This document shows positions 1 to 10,146 of a stretch of DNA of 64,000 nt, in pieces. Under the pieces are notes generated by a model that was not told where the DNA came from, searched no databases, and saw only the letters and a list, made by a program, of their open reading frames with translations. This DNA is from Nannocystales bacterium (GTDB lineage Bacteria > Myxococcota_A > Polyangia > Nannocystales > Nannocystaceae), in contig JBOEGF010000018.1 in assembly GCA_050633305.1 (NCBI GenBank), forward strand, positions 923,547 through 987,546. The letters are read 5' to 3'. The position numbers were made by a program, and so were the translations under genes. Position 1 is the first letter of the stretch, and each line of letters opens with the position of its first letter.

Positions 1-86
1 TTGACCTGCAGTTCCTCGGCGACCGCCGTGAAGCTTCCGCGCTCGACGAGGCGGGTGAAGGCACGTAGCGCCGTGATGCGATCCAT
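1..86 (-). CDS. LysR-family transcriptional regulator, N-terminal part (runs off window start)
   Basis: Reverse strand from ATG at 86 reads MDRITALRAFTRLVERGSFTAVAEELQV, a LysR HTH start; divergent from an oxidoreductase. Not in the ORF track because it is partial. Confidence 0.85.
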   Translation of the reverse strand, partial: MDRITALRAFTRLVERGSFTAVAEELQV

Positions 87-109
87 TCGGGTAGTCTAGT
101 CGATGACTA

Positions 110-128
110 TCATTCCAATATGGAATGA
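110..128. promoter_or_regulatory. Putative LysR binding site
   Basis: Perfect inverted repeat TCATTCCA-ATA-TGGAATGA containing T-N11-A (T113..A125), between the divergent lysR and dehydrogenase genes. Confidence 0.7.
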
Positions 129-186
129 CTGAAAGGCAGCGTCGGCTGTTGTCCGCTCGTCGCTGAGGGGGCAGGCTGTGCTCACG

Positions 187-1059
187 ATGACGACGCAAAC
201 GATCGCAGTGTTGGGGCTCGGGGCGATGGGGGCACGGATGGCCGCGCGGCTGCTGGAGGCGGGCTTCGAGGTGCGGGCCTACAATCGGACGAAAACCCGT
301 GGGGACGCCCTGCAGCAGCGCGGGGCGACGATCTGTGCCTCTGCGCGGGAGGCCGCCCGCGGGGCGGATGTTGTGCTGAGCATGGTGCGCGATGACCAGG
401 CGAGTCGGAGCGTCTGGCTGGACCCCGAGCACGGAGCGCTGGCCGGAATGTCGGAGCGCGCGATCGGAATGGAGTCGAGCACCCTCAGCCCGCCGTGCAT
501 TCACGAACTCGCCGAAGCGTTTGCGGCGCGTCGGATGCGGTTGGTCGACGCGCCGGTCGTCGGGACCCGGCCCCAGGCCGACGCGGGCTCCCTGGTGTTC
601 CTCGTCGGCGGCGAAGATGCCTCGGTTCAGGCACTGAAACCGGTGTTCGATGCCACAGGGGGTGCCGTGCATCACCTCGGACCGCTTGGGAAGGGGAGCG
701 CGATGAAGCTGGCGGTCAACGCTCTGTTCGCGATTCAGGTGGCCTCGCTCGGCGAGTTGCTGGGCAGTCTGGCCCGGGGCGGCATCGAGCCCGCGGCGGC
801 GATGGAGGTCCTTGGGGGGCTGGCTGTGACGAGCCCGGCGGCGAAGGGCACCGGAGGGCTGATGGTCCGCGAGGAATACAGTCCGTTGTTTCCGGTCGAG
901 CTGGTCGCGAAGGACCTCGGCTACGCCAGCGCCGAAGCGAGTCGGCTGGGCGGTTCCGCCCCGATCTCCAGCGCCGCCGCGGACGTCTTCGCAGCCGCGA
1001 CGAAGCAGGGCTACGGGGCGGAGAACCTCGTGGCGGTGGCCAAGCTGTACCGCCCCTGA
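187..1059 (+). CDS. NAD(P)-dependent oxidoreductase, 3-hydroxyisobutyrate dehydrogenase family
   Basis: VLGLGAMG Rossmann motif, DAPVVG, MKLAVN, KDL motifs; ATG at 187 preferred over GTG at 178. Confidence 0.9.
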   Translation: MTTQTIAVLGLGAMGARMAARLLEAGFEVRAYNRTKTRGDALQQRGATICASAREAARGADVVLSMVRDDQASRSVWLDPEHGALAGMSERAIGMESSTLSPPCIHELAEAFAARRMRLVDAPVVGTRPQADAGSLVFLVGGEDASVQALKPVFDATGGAVHHLGPLGKGSAMKLAVNALFAIQVASLGELLGSLARGGIEPAAAMEVLGGLAVTSPAAKGTGGLMVREEYSPLFPVELVAKDLGYASAEASRLGGSAPISSAAADVFAAATKQGYGAENLVAVAKLYRP

Positions 1060-1076
1060 GCTTCAGGGCGGACGCC

Positions 1077-2828
1077 CTACTGGGGCAGGAGGCTGGACAG
1101 CGTTTGTCGGCTGCGGGCGACCTCCACCTCGACGTCGAGGTCTTCGAACCATCCGAAGAACTCTTCGAGCTGGTTCTTTTGCTCAGGGCTGAGGTAGTCG
1201 AAGTTGGTGCCGCGATCGTTGACTTCCCAGAACTCGCGGGTGTCGAGGCTACGTAGTTCCTGCCAGATGCTGTGCAGCCGCGCGGCGGGCTCGTCGTGCA
1301 TGTCGAGCTGGATCTCGCGAGCGTACTCGGGCTCGCCGCGCATCAGGTAGGTTGTCGCGAGCTTGATCTGCGCCCGTCGGACTCCCCGCAAGGTCTTCTC
1401 TTGTTCCTTGGTCTCGGCATGCTCGTCGACCGCCAAGAAGACCTGGAGGAACTCGCGGTGCTCGCGGATGCCCTTGTCGAGGGCTTTCTCGCACAGCGTT
1501 CCGATGTCGTGGGCGATGACCTCAGAGACGAAGGGCATGCCGCGCGAGTAGCTGACCGAGCTGTAGTAGCGCATGAACCGAGCGATCTGCAGCGCCCGGT
1601 GCTGGAGCTTCTGGGAGAGGTCCGGGCTGGCATCGGGCTCACCGGCGAGCACCGCCTCGGCCAGCTGTCGGTACTGATGCAGGATGTTGTACGCGGTCCG
1701 GATGTCCTTCGCGTTGACCGTGGCGCGTAGGTAGGTGTTGAAGAACTTGATCGCCAGGTCGAGCGCCCAGAGATCGCCGCGTCGTCCCGCGGCCTCGCCG
1801 AGGCGCCGAGTGTCGATGGCGATGAGGTAGCAGGTGTCCTTGATCTGGCCGAGGGACTCCGTGAACAACATCTGGTACTGCCGCAGCAGCTTCCACTCGA
1901 CCCAGGTGCCGCGCTCCTCGAGGTCGCCGACGGCCTCCTCGCTGAGGCTGACGAAGTCGGGGCTTTGACGGTTCCATCCACGCACCTGCGACCATTCCTT
2001 GCGCATGGCGGCCTTGGACTCGCCGTAGCGGATGCCGAACTCGCACAGGGAGTCGATCGCTCCGGAGGTGATCCCTTTGTCCTTCTGCTGGAGCGCGTTG
2101 AGTCCGATGTTGGCGAGGTGTTCGATCGCCTCGATGGCCTGGGCCTGTCGGACGTCGGTGCGGCTGCTCCCGCCCTTGGTCGGGGTGGCTGCGGACAAGC
2201 CGTCCACCATGATCCGGCCGACGATTTTTTCGGGGTCCAGGAAGTCGAACACGTAGGCGAAGTACGGGAACAGCAGCAGTAGGCTGGCCGTCATCAAGAG
2301 CATCGAGACCAACACCCCGGATTGGGGGAGGTAGCTCTCGCCGACGGAGAAGTTGACCCACAGCACGTACACCGTCGAGGTGACGAAGAACGCCAGCACC
2401 AGGAGGTTGGTTCGTGCGCGGAAGAACAGAGACGTGATGTGGGGGGTGAAGCGGGTCGCCGCCAACTGCACGATGATCGAGGACACGGTCAGGGCGAGCC
2501 CCAACACGGCGGCCATGACCTCGCCCAAGCCGCCGAGCGTGTTTCGGGCTTGTTCGATGTCTTGGTCCGAGAGGGATCGCAGCAGGCCTGCGACGGTCAC
2601 GCGCTCGCCCGGGACGCTTGCCGAGAGAAGTTGGTCGGTCCAGAAGGATGCGAGGAAGATCAGGGCCGCGACGCCGAAGATGCCCAAGAAGGGGACGGAC
2701 CAGGTGCGCAGGGGCGCTGTGGCTCGGCTCACGCGACCGACTTGGCCGAGGAGACTGACCAGACGGCTCCGGCTGCCGCCCTGGCCGAGGTCGTCGTCAC
2801 CGGAGGGCGTGTGCGGGCCCGAGGACAC
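1077..2828 (-). CDS. Predicted membrane protein, DUF2254-like
   Basis: Several TM segments, IIVQLAATRFTP motif, then a long helical C-terminal region; start uncertain (GTG 2828; the track ORF to 3050 overlaps coaX). Confidence 0.7.
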   Translation of the reverse strand: MSSGPHTPSGDDDLGQGGSRSRLVSLLGQVGRVSRATAPLRTWSVPFLGIFGVAALIFLASFWTDQLLSASVPGERVTVAGLLRSLSDQDIEQARNTLGGLGEVMAAVLGLALTVSSIIVQLAATRFTPHITSLFFRARTNLLVLAFFVTSTVYVLWVNFSVGESYLPQSGVLVSMLLMTASLLLLFPYFAYVFDFLDPEKIVGRIMVDGLSAATPTKGGSSRTDVRQAQAIEAIEHLANIGLNALQQKDKGITSGAIDSLCEFGIRYGESKAAMRKEWSQVRGWNRQSPDFVSLSEEAVGDLEERGTWVEWKLLRQYQMLFTESLGQIKDTCYLIAIDTRRLGEAAGRRGDLWALDLAIKFFNTYLRATVNAKDIRTAYNILHQYRQLAEAVLAGEPDASPDLSQKLQHRALQIARFMRYYSSVSYSRGMPFVSEVIAHDIGTLCEKALDKGIREHREFLQVFLAVDEHAETKEQEKTLRGVRRAQIKLATTYLMRGEPEYAREIQLDMHDEPAARLHSIWQELRSLDTREFWEVNDRGTNFDYLSPEQKNQLEEFFGWFEDLDVEVEVARSRQTLSSLLPQ

Positions 2829-2911
2829 CGCTGAGACGGTAGCAGAACGCGTAGGCGGGCGGTACAGTCGTTGTATGCGGCAGTCTACACGAGACCGCCC
2901 TTGGAGCTCGA

Positions 2912-3715
2912 ATGCTGCTTTGCGTCGACGTCGGAAACTCTCACACGACGCTTGGGGTCTTTGAAGGTGCCGCGCTGCGCTGCGAGCTGCGCGTGAGCAC
3001 GAGGCGCGGCTGGACCCGTGACGAGGTCGCTGCTGCGCTTGCCCAGGCACTCAACCTCGCGGGGCTCGGCTTCGACGCCCTCACGGACGCCGTCGTGGCG
3101 TGTGTCGTCCCACCTGCGCTCGTGCCTTTGTGCGAAGCGCTGCGACAATACGCCCAGCTCGATCCCTTGGTGGTCGGCCCCGGCACCAAGACCGGGATGC
3201 CGATCCGCTACGACCCACCGCAGGACGTTGGAGCGGATCGCATCGTTACGGCGGTGGCGGCTCACGGGCGGTACGGCCGGGCCGAGGATGGGTCACCGCG
3301 TGGTGTGGTGGTCGTGGACTTCGGCACGGCGACCACCTTCGACGTGGTCTCCCCAACTCCGGAATACCTCGGGGGCGCGATCGCTCCGGGCATCGGAATC
3401 AGCGCCGACGCGTTGTTTGCGAGGGCGGCAAGGCTGCCACGGGTCGACGCCCAGCGCCCCGCATCCGTGGTCGGCCGGAACACAGTGGCCGCGATCCAAT
3501 CGGGGCTGGTGCTGGGCTACGTCGGACTGGTCGAGGGCCTCATTGTTCGGATCAAGGCGGAGCTCACCTGGCCGGTGTGGGTCATCGCCACCGGGGGCTT
3601 TGCCCGAACGATCGCCGTCGAGTCGACCGTGATCGACGAGGTCGACGATGCACTGGTCCTCGAAGGCCTGCGAGACATCCACGGCCGCAACCGCAAACTC
3701 GAGAAGGACGACTGA
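2912..3715 (+). CDS. coaX: Type III pantothenate kinase
   Basis: DVGNS, GADR, DFGTATTFD, GGAIAPG, ATGG and LVLEGL motifs. Confidence 0.95.
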   Translation: MLLCVDVGNSHTTLGVFEGAALRCELRVSTRRGWTRDEVAAALAQALNLAGLGFDALTDAVVACVVPPALVPLCEALRQYAQLDPLVVGPGTKTGMPIRYDPPQDVGADRIVTAVAAHGRYGRAEDGSPRGVVVVDFGTATTFDVVSPTPEYLGGAIAPGIGISADALFARAARLPRVDAQRPASVVGRNTVAAIQSGLVLGYVGLVEGLIVRIKAELTWPVWVIATGGFARTIAVESTVIDEVDDALVLEGLRDIHGRNRKLEKDD

Positions 3716-3717
3716 TC

Positions 3718-4983
3718 ATGGCGTACGACCATCAACCGCTCACGCAGCAAGAGATGGGTGCCGGCCCTTGGAAAATGGTCGGGCCCGATGCGCCCCCGCC
3801 AATGCGCCAGATGGTCGCCGGCGGCATGGCTCCGCTTCCCCCGCGCGAGCTGTTGATCGCGCTGTATCACCTCTGGCTCGACGATCCCGCCGGACTCGGT
3901 GAGCAGGCGGCGAAGACGTTGCTCGGCTTGCCGCCGGCGCTTCTCGACGGGGGGCTCAGTGAACCCGGATTGCCCGCGGGCGTGCTCGACTTCGTCGCAC
4001 GTCGAATGGCGCGCAAGGAGGCCGTCCTCGAGAAGGTCGTTCGTCACCCGGTGGTCCACGACGAGACCTTGGCTGCGGTCGCGCGTGCGTGCCCTGAGGG
4101 CATCTGCGACATCCTGGCCGAGAACCAGCAGCGATGGTTGTCGTTCCCAACGATCGTCGAGGCGCTTTACCAAAACCCCAACTGTCGGATGAGCGTGGCG
4201 CAGCGGATGCTCGAGCTTGCGGTGCGTCAGGGCGTGGACCTCAAGCTCCCCAACATCGAGGAGATCAAGGCCGCGCTCGGGGACGGTGCCGCGCCTGCTG
4301 CTTCGGGGACCGAAGACGACGCGTTCCGTTCGGCGATGGGAAGCGAAGTGCTGGCGCAGCACGACCGCTACGTCGACACGCTGGAGAACTCGGGGGTGGG
4401 GGAGGATGTTTCGCCCGAAGAGCTTCGCGAGGCGCCGTCGGCCTACGACGGGCTCGACCTCGACGCGCTGCTCGCAGGCGGGCCGACTGACAACCTTTCG
4501 TTGCCGATGGATGCCGCGGACGGTGGCACGGAGGCGACCGCGTCCGCGGCGGAGGCGGAAGCCGAAGAGCAACCCAAGGGCGATCGGCTGTCGCAGATCA
4601 GCGTGCTTCCGGTCATGCAGAAGATGCGCCTGGCAATGTTGGGCAACAGCTTCGAGCGCTCCGTCCTCGTCCGGGACTCGAACAAGCAGGTCGCGATGAG
4701 CGCGATCAAGTCGCCGCGAGTCAAGGAGAACGAGGCCATCGCCTATGCGGCGAACCGGGCGCTGTCCCACGACGTCATTCGGCACATCGCGGCCCGGAAA
4801 GAGTGGATGAAGCTGTATCAGCTCAAGCTCAACCTGGTCCTCAACCCGAAGACTCCGCTGTCTTCGGCCATGTCGCTGCTCAACCACCTGCACCCCCACG
4901 ACATCCGCAAGGTGTCTCGGTCTAGGAACATTCCGGCGGCATTGTCGAAAGCCGCGAAACGTAAAGAGCAACAGCGGCGTTGA
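3718..4983 (+). CDS. Conserved hypothetical alpha-helical (HEAT/LRV-like) protein
   Basis: ATG 2 nt after the coaX stop; motifs LVRDSNKQVAMSAIKSPR and LVLNPKTP resemble a conserved deltaproteobacterial hypothetical family. Confidence 0.75.
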   Translation: MAYDHQPLTQQEMGAGPWKMVGPDAPPPMRQMVAGGMAPLPPRELLIALYHLWLDDPAGLGEQAAKTLLGLPPALLDGGLSEPGLPAGVLDFVARRMARKEAVLEKVVRHPVVHDETLAAVARACPEGICDILAENQQRWLSFPTIVEALYQNPNCRMSVAQRMLELAVRQGVDLKLPNIEEIKAALGDGAAPAASGTEDDAFRSAMGSEVLAQHDRYVDTLENSGVGEDVSPEELREAPSAYDGLDLDALLAGGPTDNLSLPMDAADGGTEATASAAEAEAEEQPKGDRLSQISVLPVMQKMRLAMLGNSFERSVLVRDSNKQVAMSAIKSPRVKENEAIAYAANRALSHDVIRHIAARKEWMKLYQLKLNLVLNPKTPLSSAMSLLNHLHPHDIRKVSRSRNIPAALSKAAKRKEQQRR

Positions 4984-4993
4984 CCCTCCGAGA

Positions 4994-5479
4994 ATGTCGG
5001 ATCGGTTCCCAATCTCCGCGACGGTCCGCGCGCTTCGGCGGTGGGGTGGAGTCTTGTTCGCCCCTCGGCGCACGGTCGCGGAGCTTCCGATCGACGAGGG
5101 CAGGCGGGATGGGTTGCTCCTGGGGACTCTGTACGTCGTCGGGACGGCGCTGTATCCGATGACAGAGACGATCGCGACGGTGGCCTCCACGCACAGCCTC
5201 GTCGCGTTGGCGTCCGGGGTCGCACGGGTGTTGCTCACGCCGATCGTCGTCCTGGTCCTGGCCGAGACCCTCCTCGGCGGATCGCGAGGCTATCGCGGGA
5301 GCCTGTTCCTGGTGCCGCTGGTGGTATTGGGAACCGTGGCCCATGCGTTGGTGAGTTTCCAACTCGTCGGCATCCCCGCCCTCTGGCCGGACTTCGCTGG
5401 CGCCGCCGCGGCAGGCGCTTTGGCGCTTTGGTCCCGGAAGTCGATTCCAACCGAACCCGCAGCGGAAGCGAGCCCATGA
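4994..5479 (+). CDS. Small membrane protein
   Basis: About 4 hydrophobic segments; operonic; ATGA overlap with the next gene. Confidence 0.7.
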   Translation: MSDRFPISATVRALRRWGGVLFAPRRTVAELPIDEGRRDGLLLGTLYVVGTALYPMTETIATVASTHSLVALASGVARVLLTPIVVLVLAETLLGGSRGYRGSLFLVPLVVLGTVAHALVSFQLVGIPALWPDFAGAAAAGALALWSRKSIPTEPAAEASP

Positions 5480-6027
5480 AACACCTTCAGACCTTTGTTG
5501 GCGCGTCGGTGCTTCTCGGTGTGTTGTCGATCGGGGCCTACGATGCGATGAAAGCGGTCCGCAACTGGGACTCGATGGGGCCGGCGGCGCCGGGGACGTC
5601 GCTGGAGACGTTCGCGGTGCAACGTCTCGACGGCGAACGGTTCGAGCACGCGGACCTTCTGGGCAAGGTCAGCATCGTGACGTTCTGGGCGACATGGTGC
5701 GGCCCTTGTCAGAGCGAGCTCGCCGACCTCGACGAACTGGACGACGACTATGCGGGCCGCACCGATGTCCAGTTTGTCGCTGTGAACTGGGAGGGGGGCG
5801 GGTACACGCCTGGGCAGCGCCAAACGTTGACCGCGTCTCACGTCCAGAGCATCGGGCTTGGCCTCCCCGTCGCGGTGGACGATGGAGCGATGGCCCGCGC
5901 GCTACGGGTTCGCGGCGTGCCACACACCCTGGTGGTCGATGCGGAGGGTGTTGTTCGGCACGTCTACCCTGGTCGCGTACGAGCCGCGACCATCGCGGAC
6001 GATATCGCCGACCTAACGGGCGAGTGA
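5476..6027 (+). CDS. TlpA/ResA-family thiol-disulfide oxidoreductase
   Basis: N-terminal anchor, FWATWCGPC motif, GVPHT cis-Pro loop. Confidence 0.9.
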   Translation: MKHLQTFVGASVLLGVLSIGAYDAMKAVRNWDSMGPAAPGTSLETFAVQRLDGERFEHADLLGKVSIVTFWATWCGPCQSELADLDELDDDYAGRTDVQFVAVNWEGGGYTPGQRQTLTASHVQSIGLGLPVAVDDGAMARALRVRGVPHTLVVDAEGVVRHVYPGRVRAATIADDIADLTGE

Positions 6028-7677
6028 AAGCGTGTTACTGCCTGTTCGGATCTCGGCGACCTGCAGCTGCTGGCCCTCGTGTTCGCGTGTGATCTGGAGC
6101 TGTTCGGAGACGGTGATCTCCGGTGGCATGTCCACAGCGACGACGTAGCTGGCCCCATCGCCCATCGGGCCGTAGACCCCGTCCAGTGTTCGCTCGCCCA
6201 GGCCGGGAAGACGGAGGTGGACGGGTTCGCTGCCATCGGTCACGAGGCCTTCGGCGGCGCCCTGGGTGATGAACCAGGTCTCCTCGTCTGCGACGGGGTC
6301 GACGAGCCCGACGAGGACTCGTCGCTGGGAGTTGGGCGCAGCGTCGGCCGCACCCCATCCGGTGATCTCTTCGATGAACGGCAGGACCTTGCCCCACGTC
6401 CAGTCGCTGACCCACGTGTTTCCACAGTAGGTCATGTAGTCCTTGCCGTTGGTGGGCGTGTACAGCGTGAAGTCCAGGATGCCAAAGCCCCACACGCCGA
6501 GGTCGCCAGCTTCGTACGGGTACGAGGGATCGGGCCCGCCCTCGTCCCCATTGCAGTACACATGGCGGCGTCCCTGCGTGTGGCCGACCTCGTGTACGAA
6601 GGTATCGGCCGTCGAGCTGAGGCTGCCGTACCAACGACCCATCGACACGCGTGTCCAGGCGTTGTCGAGGGTGGGGAAGTCCGGGATGCTGATCGCTTGC
6701 CCGCCAACACCTTCGGCTCCGCCATCGCATGGCTGCACCACACCGTAGTAGTAGGCGGCGGGGTCGGCGTTGTCTTGGGCTCGAAGATCGGCGAGGAAAC
6801 CGAGCAGAGGGCTAAAGGAGTTGAGGGATCCCGAGTACGTGGTGGGCTCGCGCCGCTCGATCTCAACCCGCTGGACCGGGTTCTGCATGAACAGCTGGTC
6901 TGCGAGGTACTGCATCTCGTCGTCGGTGACCTCGGGAGCGGCGGGGCACTGAGGACCGGCATCGTGGCGGACCGGAACGAGGACGACCTTGAGCGCGAGA
7001 TCTTTGTCCTCGACTCCGAGGAAGCCGGGTTGGGGCGGGTATGCGAACTGGTCCGGCTCGGGCAAGCCCTCGTACCCATACTCGGTCTCGTACAACTCGA
7101 TCTGGAACTTCACGCCGACGGGAAGCAGCTCCCCGGGCACGACGAAGTACATGTTGGTGTCGATGTCGGAGGGCTGGCTGGGACCGTTGACTTCGAACGT
7201 GCGGTCCGCGACCTCCTCGGTGCCGTCGGGGTAGCTGATGATGAGCCGCGCCATGATGATGCGGGGCTCAAAGCCTTCGTCGAGATCCCAGTAGCCGCGA
7301 ATCAGGGTCGTGCGTTCGGGGATGAGGGCGGCGTTGCGTCCCGTTCCGTCGACCCAGATGCCGTCCCGGACGATCGGAACGCCGACACCCTGGTTGGCGA
7401 AGACTTCAGAGAGCCGAATGCCGCGGGCGGGGTACGGCTCGAACTCGGGCTCGATCGCGGTGGTGCTGCTCTCGTCGGCACCTGAGGTCCCCGATGAACT
7501 CACGGAGTCGGAGTCGTCCGGCGTCGTCGAGTCCTGGCTCGTACTCTCAGCGGACGGGCCGCCCGTCCCTCCGGCGTCGGCCGAGTCGGTGTCTGCGCCG
7601 CTTGCCGGGGCGCACGCCACCAATGTGCTGCCCAAGGCGAGCGCCAGCCACTTCGTCGAATCGAGCGTCCCGTTCAT
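6013..7677 (-). CDS. Lipoprotein with zinc metallopeptidase (M66-like metzincin) domain
   Basis: Lipobox LVAC, Ser/Thr linker, HEVGHTQGRRH zinc motif, DYMTYC Met-turn. Confidence 0.8.
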   Translation of the reverse strand: MNGTLDSTKWLALALGSTLVACAPASGADTDSADAGGTGGPSAESTSQDSTTPDDSDSVSSSGTSGADESSTTAIEPEFEPYPARGIRLSEVFANQGVGVPIVRDGIWVDGTGRNAALIPERTTLIRGYWDLDEGFEPRIIMARLIISYPDGTEEVADRTFEVNGPSQPSDIDTNMYFVVPGELLPVGVKFQIELYETEYGYEGLPEPDQFAYPPQPGFLGVEDKDLALKVVLVPVRHDAGPQCPAAPEVTDDEMQYLADQLFMQNPVQRVEIERREPTTYSGSLNSFSPLLGFLADLRAQDNADPAAYYYGVVQPCDGGAEGVGGQAISIPDFPTLDNAWTRVSMGRWYGSLSSTADTFVHEVGHTQGRRHVYCNGDEGGPDPSYPYEAGDLGVWGFGILDFTLYTPTNGKDYMTYCGNTWVSDWTWGKVLPFIEEITGWGAADAAPNSQRRVLVGLVDPVADEETWFITQGAAEGLVTDGSEPVHLRLPGLGERTLDGVYGPMGDGASYVVAVDMPPEITVSEQLQITREHEGQQLQVAEIRTGSNTLSLAR

Positions 7678-7753
7678 GGAGGCCACGCTACGTCGCGCAG
7701 CCGGCGCGTTCAATAGGTTTGTCGCTTTCGTATGGAGTTTTGGCCTGTGCCTG

Positions 7754-10069
7754 TCAGTTGCGGGAGGAATCCCGAACTCTTGCGACGTTGAGGACCAGAA
7801 CGCCGAGGACCGGGACCGCGGCGAATGCGTAGGCAAACAGCGCGATCGAGTCGACGACGGACGTCGCGAGCAGGCCCCCAAGCAGGGGCAACGCACAAAC
7901 AGCAAGGGGGACGAGGACCGATCCCCCTTGTCCCAGCAGTCGCCGCGCGGGTTCACGGACCAACAGAGCCCAGCCCAGCGTGGTGCTTGCCGCGAGGACG
8001 AGCGCCGCGAAAGCAAGCAGTTGGATGCCCCACCCTGGCTGCTGGTGCTCGACGCGTCGAACGAGCGCCCGGACGTCGGCGCCGGGTCGGTACGGCGGGC
8101 TGAAGCCGGCCGCGATCAGCTCGGCCGGGTGTGGCTCGTAGAGCTCTCGCTCTTGGGGCCCGCGCACCCGAAGGTCGTCGTGCACCGGGACGAGGCTGCT
8201 CCGCGACTCGGCCGCCGGGGGAAGCCGAGAGCCGCCGTGGACCTCGACCTTCAGCGCGACGTCGGGCAGCACCGCAAAGGGGCCACTGAGCTTGTCGTCC
8301 TGTGCGATTTTTCGCAGGTCCTCCCACGCGGAGTCGAGGACGTCGACGCGAATGCGCTTGCCGTCCATGCGCGTCGCGACCGGAATCCGGAGGTCTTTGT
8401 CCGCGCCATCAGCATGGCGAATGACGATCTCCTCGAGGTCCAAGAGGCTGTTCCACGGGGGCGCCTCGAGGGTGCCGACCCGGTTCACGCGCAGGATGTC
8501 GATGCCGCGCGGGTCGGCACGAAGCTCGACGGCCAGCTGCGAGCCGAGCTCCGCGTCGAAGCCCTCCGCGGCCGCGAACGCGACGGGTGGAACGGCCCCC
8601 TGCGCGTCGACGAACGGGCCGCTGAATTGGTTGCGGAAGAACTCGTGCAGGCGGGGGTTGAACGCCGAGTCCTCCCCTCGGTACTCGAACATCGCCAAGT
8701 GTTCGCCGAGGTCCTCGTCCGGGCTGTTGGCGAGCGCGACCGAGCCCACAAACTTGAAGTCGCCGACGTTGACGTAGGGCGCGGGGTCGAGTTCGTGGAA
8801 GGCCGCGAACTTGCTGAAGACCAGCTCGGGGTCCTTGGGGGTGAGCCGAACGAACTGGGCGTTGTTGCTGTCACCGCCGAACACCTCCCGGTTGCAGGGG
8901 ATGGCCATGTCCCAGGCGGCTTGCCTCGCTCGTCGGGGATCGCGGGCCCGGAAGGTGACGGTATCGACCTGAGCCGATACCGCCCAGTTCGGGAGAATCA
9001 CCGCGTTCTCTCGGTCGAGGAGCTTGGCCATCTTGTGGCCGCGGGGATCCGCCCGCAGCATCATTGCGTACTCGCGGCCCTTCTCCATCGGGGTGTCTGC
9101 GCGCAACACCACGGTCTGTCCGACTTGTTTACTGGCCCGGAGCCCTCGCGAGTCCGGACGCTCGAGCGGGTAGAGGCGCTCGCCCGCGATGGGGGGCTCG
9201 GGCGGGGCGGACAGGACCAGGAGGCCGGCCAGAGACGCGAGCACGCCGATGACCAACATCGGAATGACCATGACCGACGCGCCCGCATCATCGGGAGTGA
9301 CGGCCTCGTCGTTGTGCGTGACGGCGGCAGCGGCGGCACCCACCGCCAGGTCGGCGCCACTGACCGCTCGCATCATTCCATGCGCGATCAAGACCGAGAG
9401 CGCTCCGCCGACGGTCCCAGCGGTGGCGCTCTGCAACCCGAATGCTTCGTTGATCGCGTCGCCGACTGCGAGCTGCAGTGCGAACGGGTCGTCCGAGACG
9501 GTCCCGGCAACCACCGCGGCGAAGGCGGTGAGCCCCAGCAGCGGCAGCCATCGGATCGCCAACGTGGTGAGACTGGGCATGCGGGAGGCGGCGAGGGCGA
9601 TCACGGCGACCGCTGCGGCGCCGAAGACCGCCGGGAGCTGAAGGCTCGCTTCGAGGACGAGTCCCGCCTGGCTGCCTTGCCACAAGCCGCCGCCGATCAG
9701 CGCAACCCCGAGCAGACCCACGCTCGCCCAGCCGGGCAGCGCCGGCTTGCCCTGCGCCACGGCTTGACGGGCGAGCTTGGCTTCGCCGAAGTGGAGGCCC
9801 ATCCCGAGCAAGCCGGCGATCCACATCCAGACCAGCGCGCCGGGTCCGGCCACATTCACGGCCATCACGGCCGCGGTGATCGTGGTCAGCGAGGCGCTGG
9901 TCGCTACGAGAACTGCAGGGCCGCTGGGCGTGCCGACGCTCCACCCCTTTGCCACGCGGCCGAGGCGGCGCAGCGGAAGCGCGCCGGTCCCCACCATCAA
10001 CAGCAGGCCAGCGCACAGGACAAAACCACCCAGCAGGGGGTTCCACAGACCTTCGAGGAGCCGCTCCAT
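7754..10069 (-). CDS. Divergent alanine/glycine:cation symporter (AGCS)-like protein with a large soluble insertion
   Basis: AGPGALVWMW..G..GM...F.E..LA and AF...ATAG..GG motifs of AGCS; about 390-aa hydrophilic insert before the last TM helices. Confidence 0.7.
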   Translation of the reverse strand: MERLLEGLWNPLLGGFVLCAGLLLMVGTGALPLRRLGRVAKGWSVGTPSGPAVLVATSASLTTITAAVMAVNVAGPGALVWMWIAGLLGMGLHFGEAKLARQAVAQGKPALPGWASVGLLGVALIGGGLWQGSQAGLVLEASLQLPAVFGAAAVAVIALAASRMPSLTTLAIRWLPLLGLTAFAAVVAGTVSDDPFALQLAVGDAINEAFGLQSATAGTVGGALSVLIAHGMMRAVSGADLAVGAAAAAVTHNDEAVTPDDAGASVMVIPMLVIGVLASLAGLLVLSAPPEPPIAGERLYPLERPDSRGLRASKQVGQTVVLRADTPMEKGREYAMMLRADPRGHKMAKLLDRENAVILPNWAVSAQVDTVTFRARDPRRARQAAWDMAIPCNREVFGGDSNNAQFVRLTPKDPELVFSKFAAFHELDPAPYVNVGDFKFVGSVALANSPDEDLGEHLAMFEYRGEDSAFNPRLHEFFRNQFSGPFVDAQGAVPPVAFAAAEGFDAELGSQLAVELRADPRGIDILRVNRVGTLEAPPWNSLLDLEEIVIRHADGADKDLRIPVATRMDGKRIRVDVLDSAWEDLRKIAQDDKLSGPFAVLPDVALKVEVHGGSRLPPAAESRSSLVPVHDDLRVRGPQERELYEPHPAELIAAGFSPPYRPGADVRALVRRVEHQQPGWGIQLLAFAALVLAASTTLGWALLVREPARRLLGQGGSVLVPLAVCALPLLGGLLATSVVDSIALFAYAFAAVPVLGVLVLNVARVRDSSRN

Positions 10070-10146
10070 GATGCGGGGGCAGCCTCGCAGGTCCTTCCCC
10101 TGCCGTAAAGCGCTGCTGTGCCAACCACGTTGGCGTTCTGGAGGGG

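Noticed and set aside
7310..10108. Long plus-strand ORF (932 aa), and similar ORFs at 24892-27141, 56073-58166, 54052-55926, 3517-5238 and 16274-17881
   Set aside because: Antisense or off-frame shadows of recognisable genes, common in high-GC DNA; no motifs.
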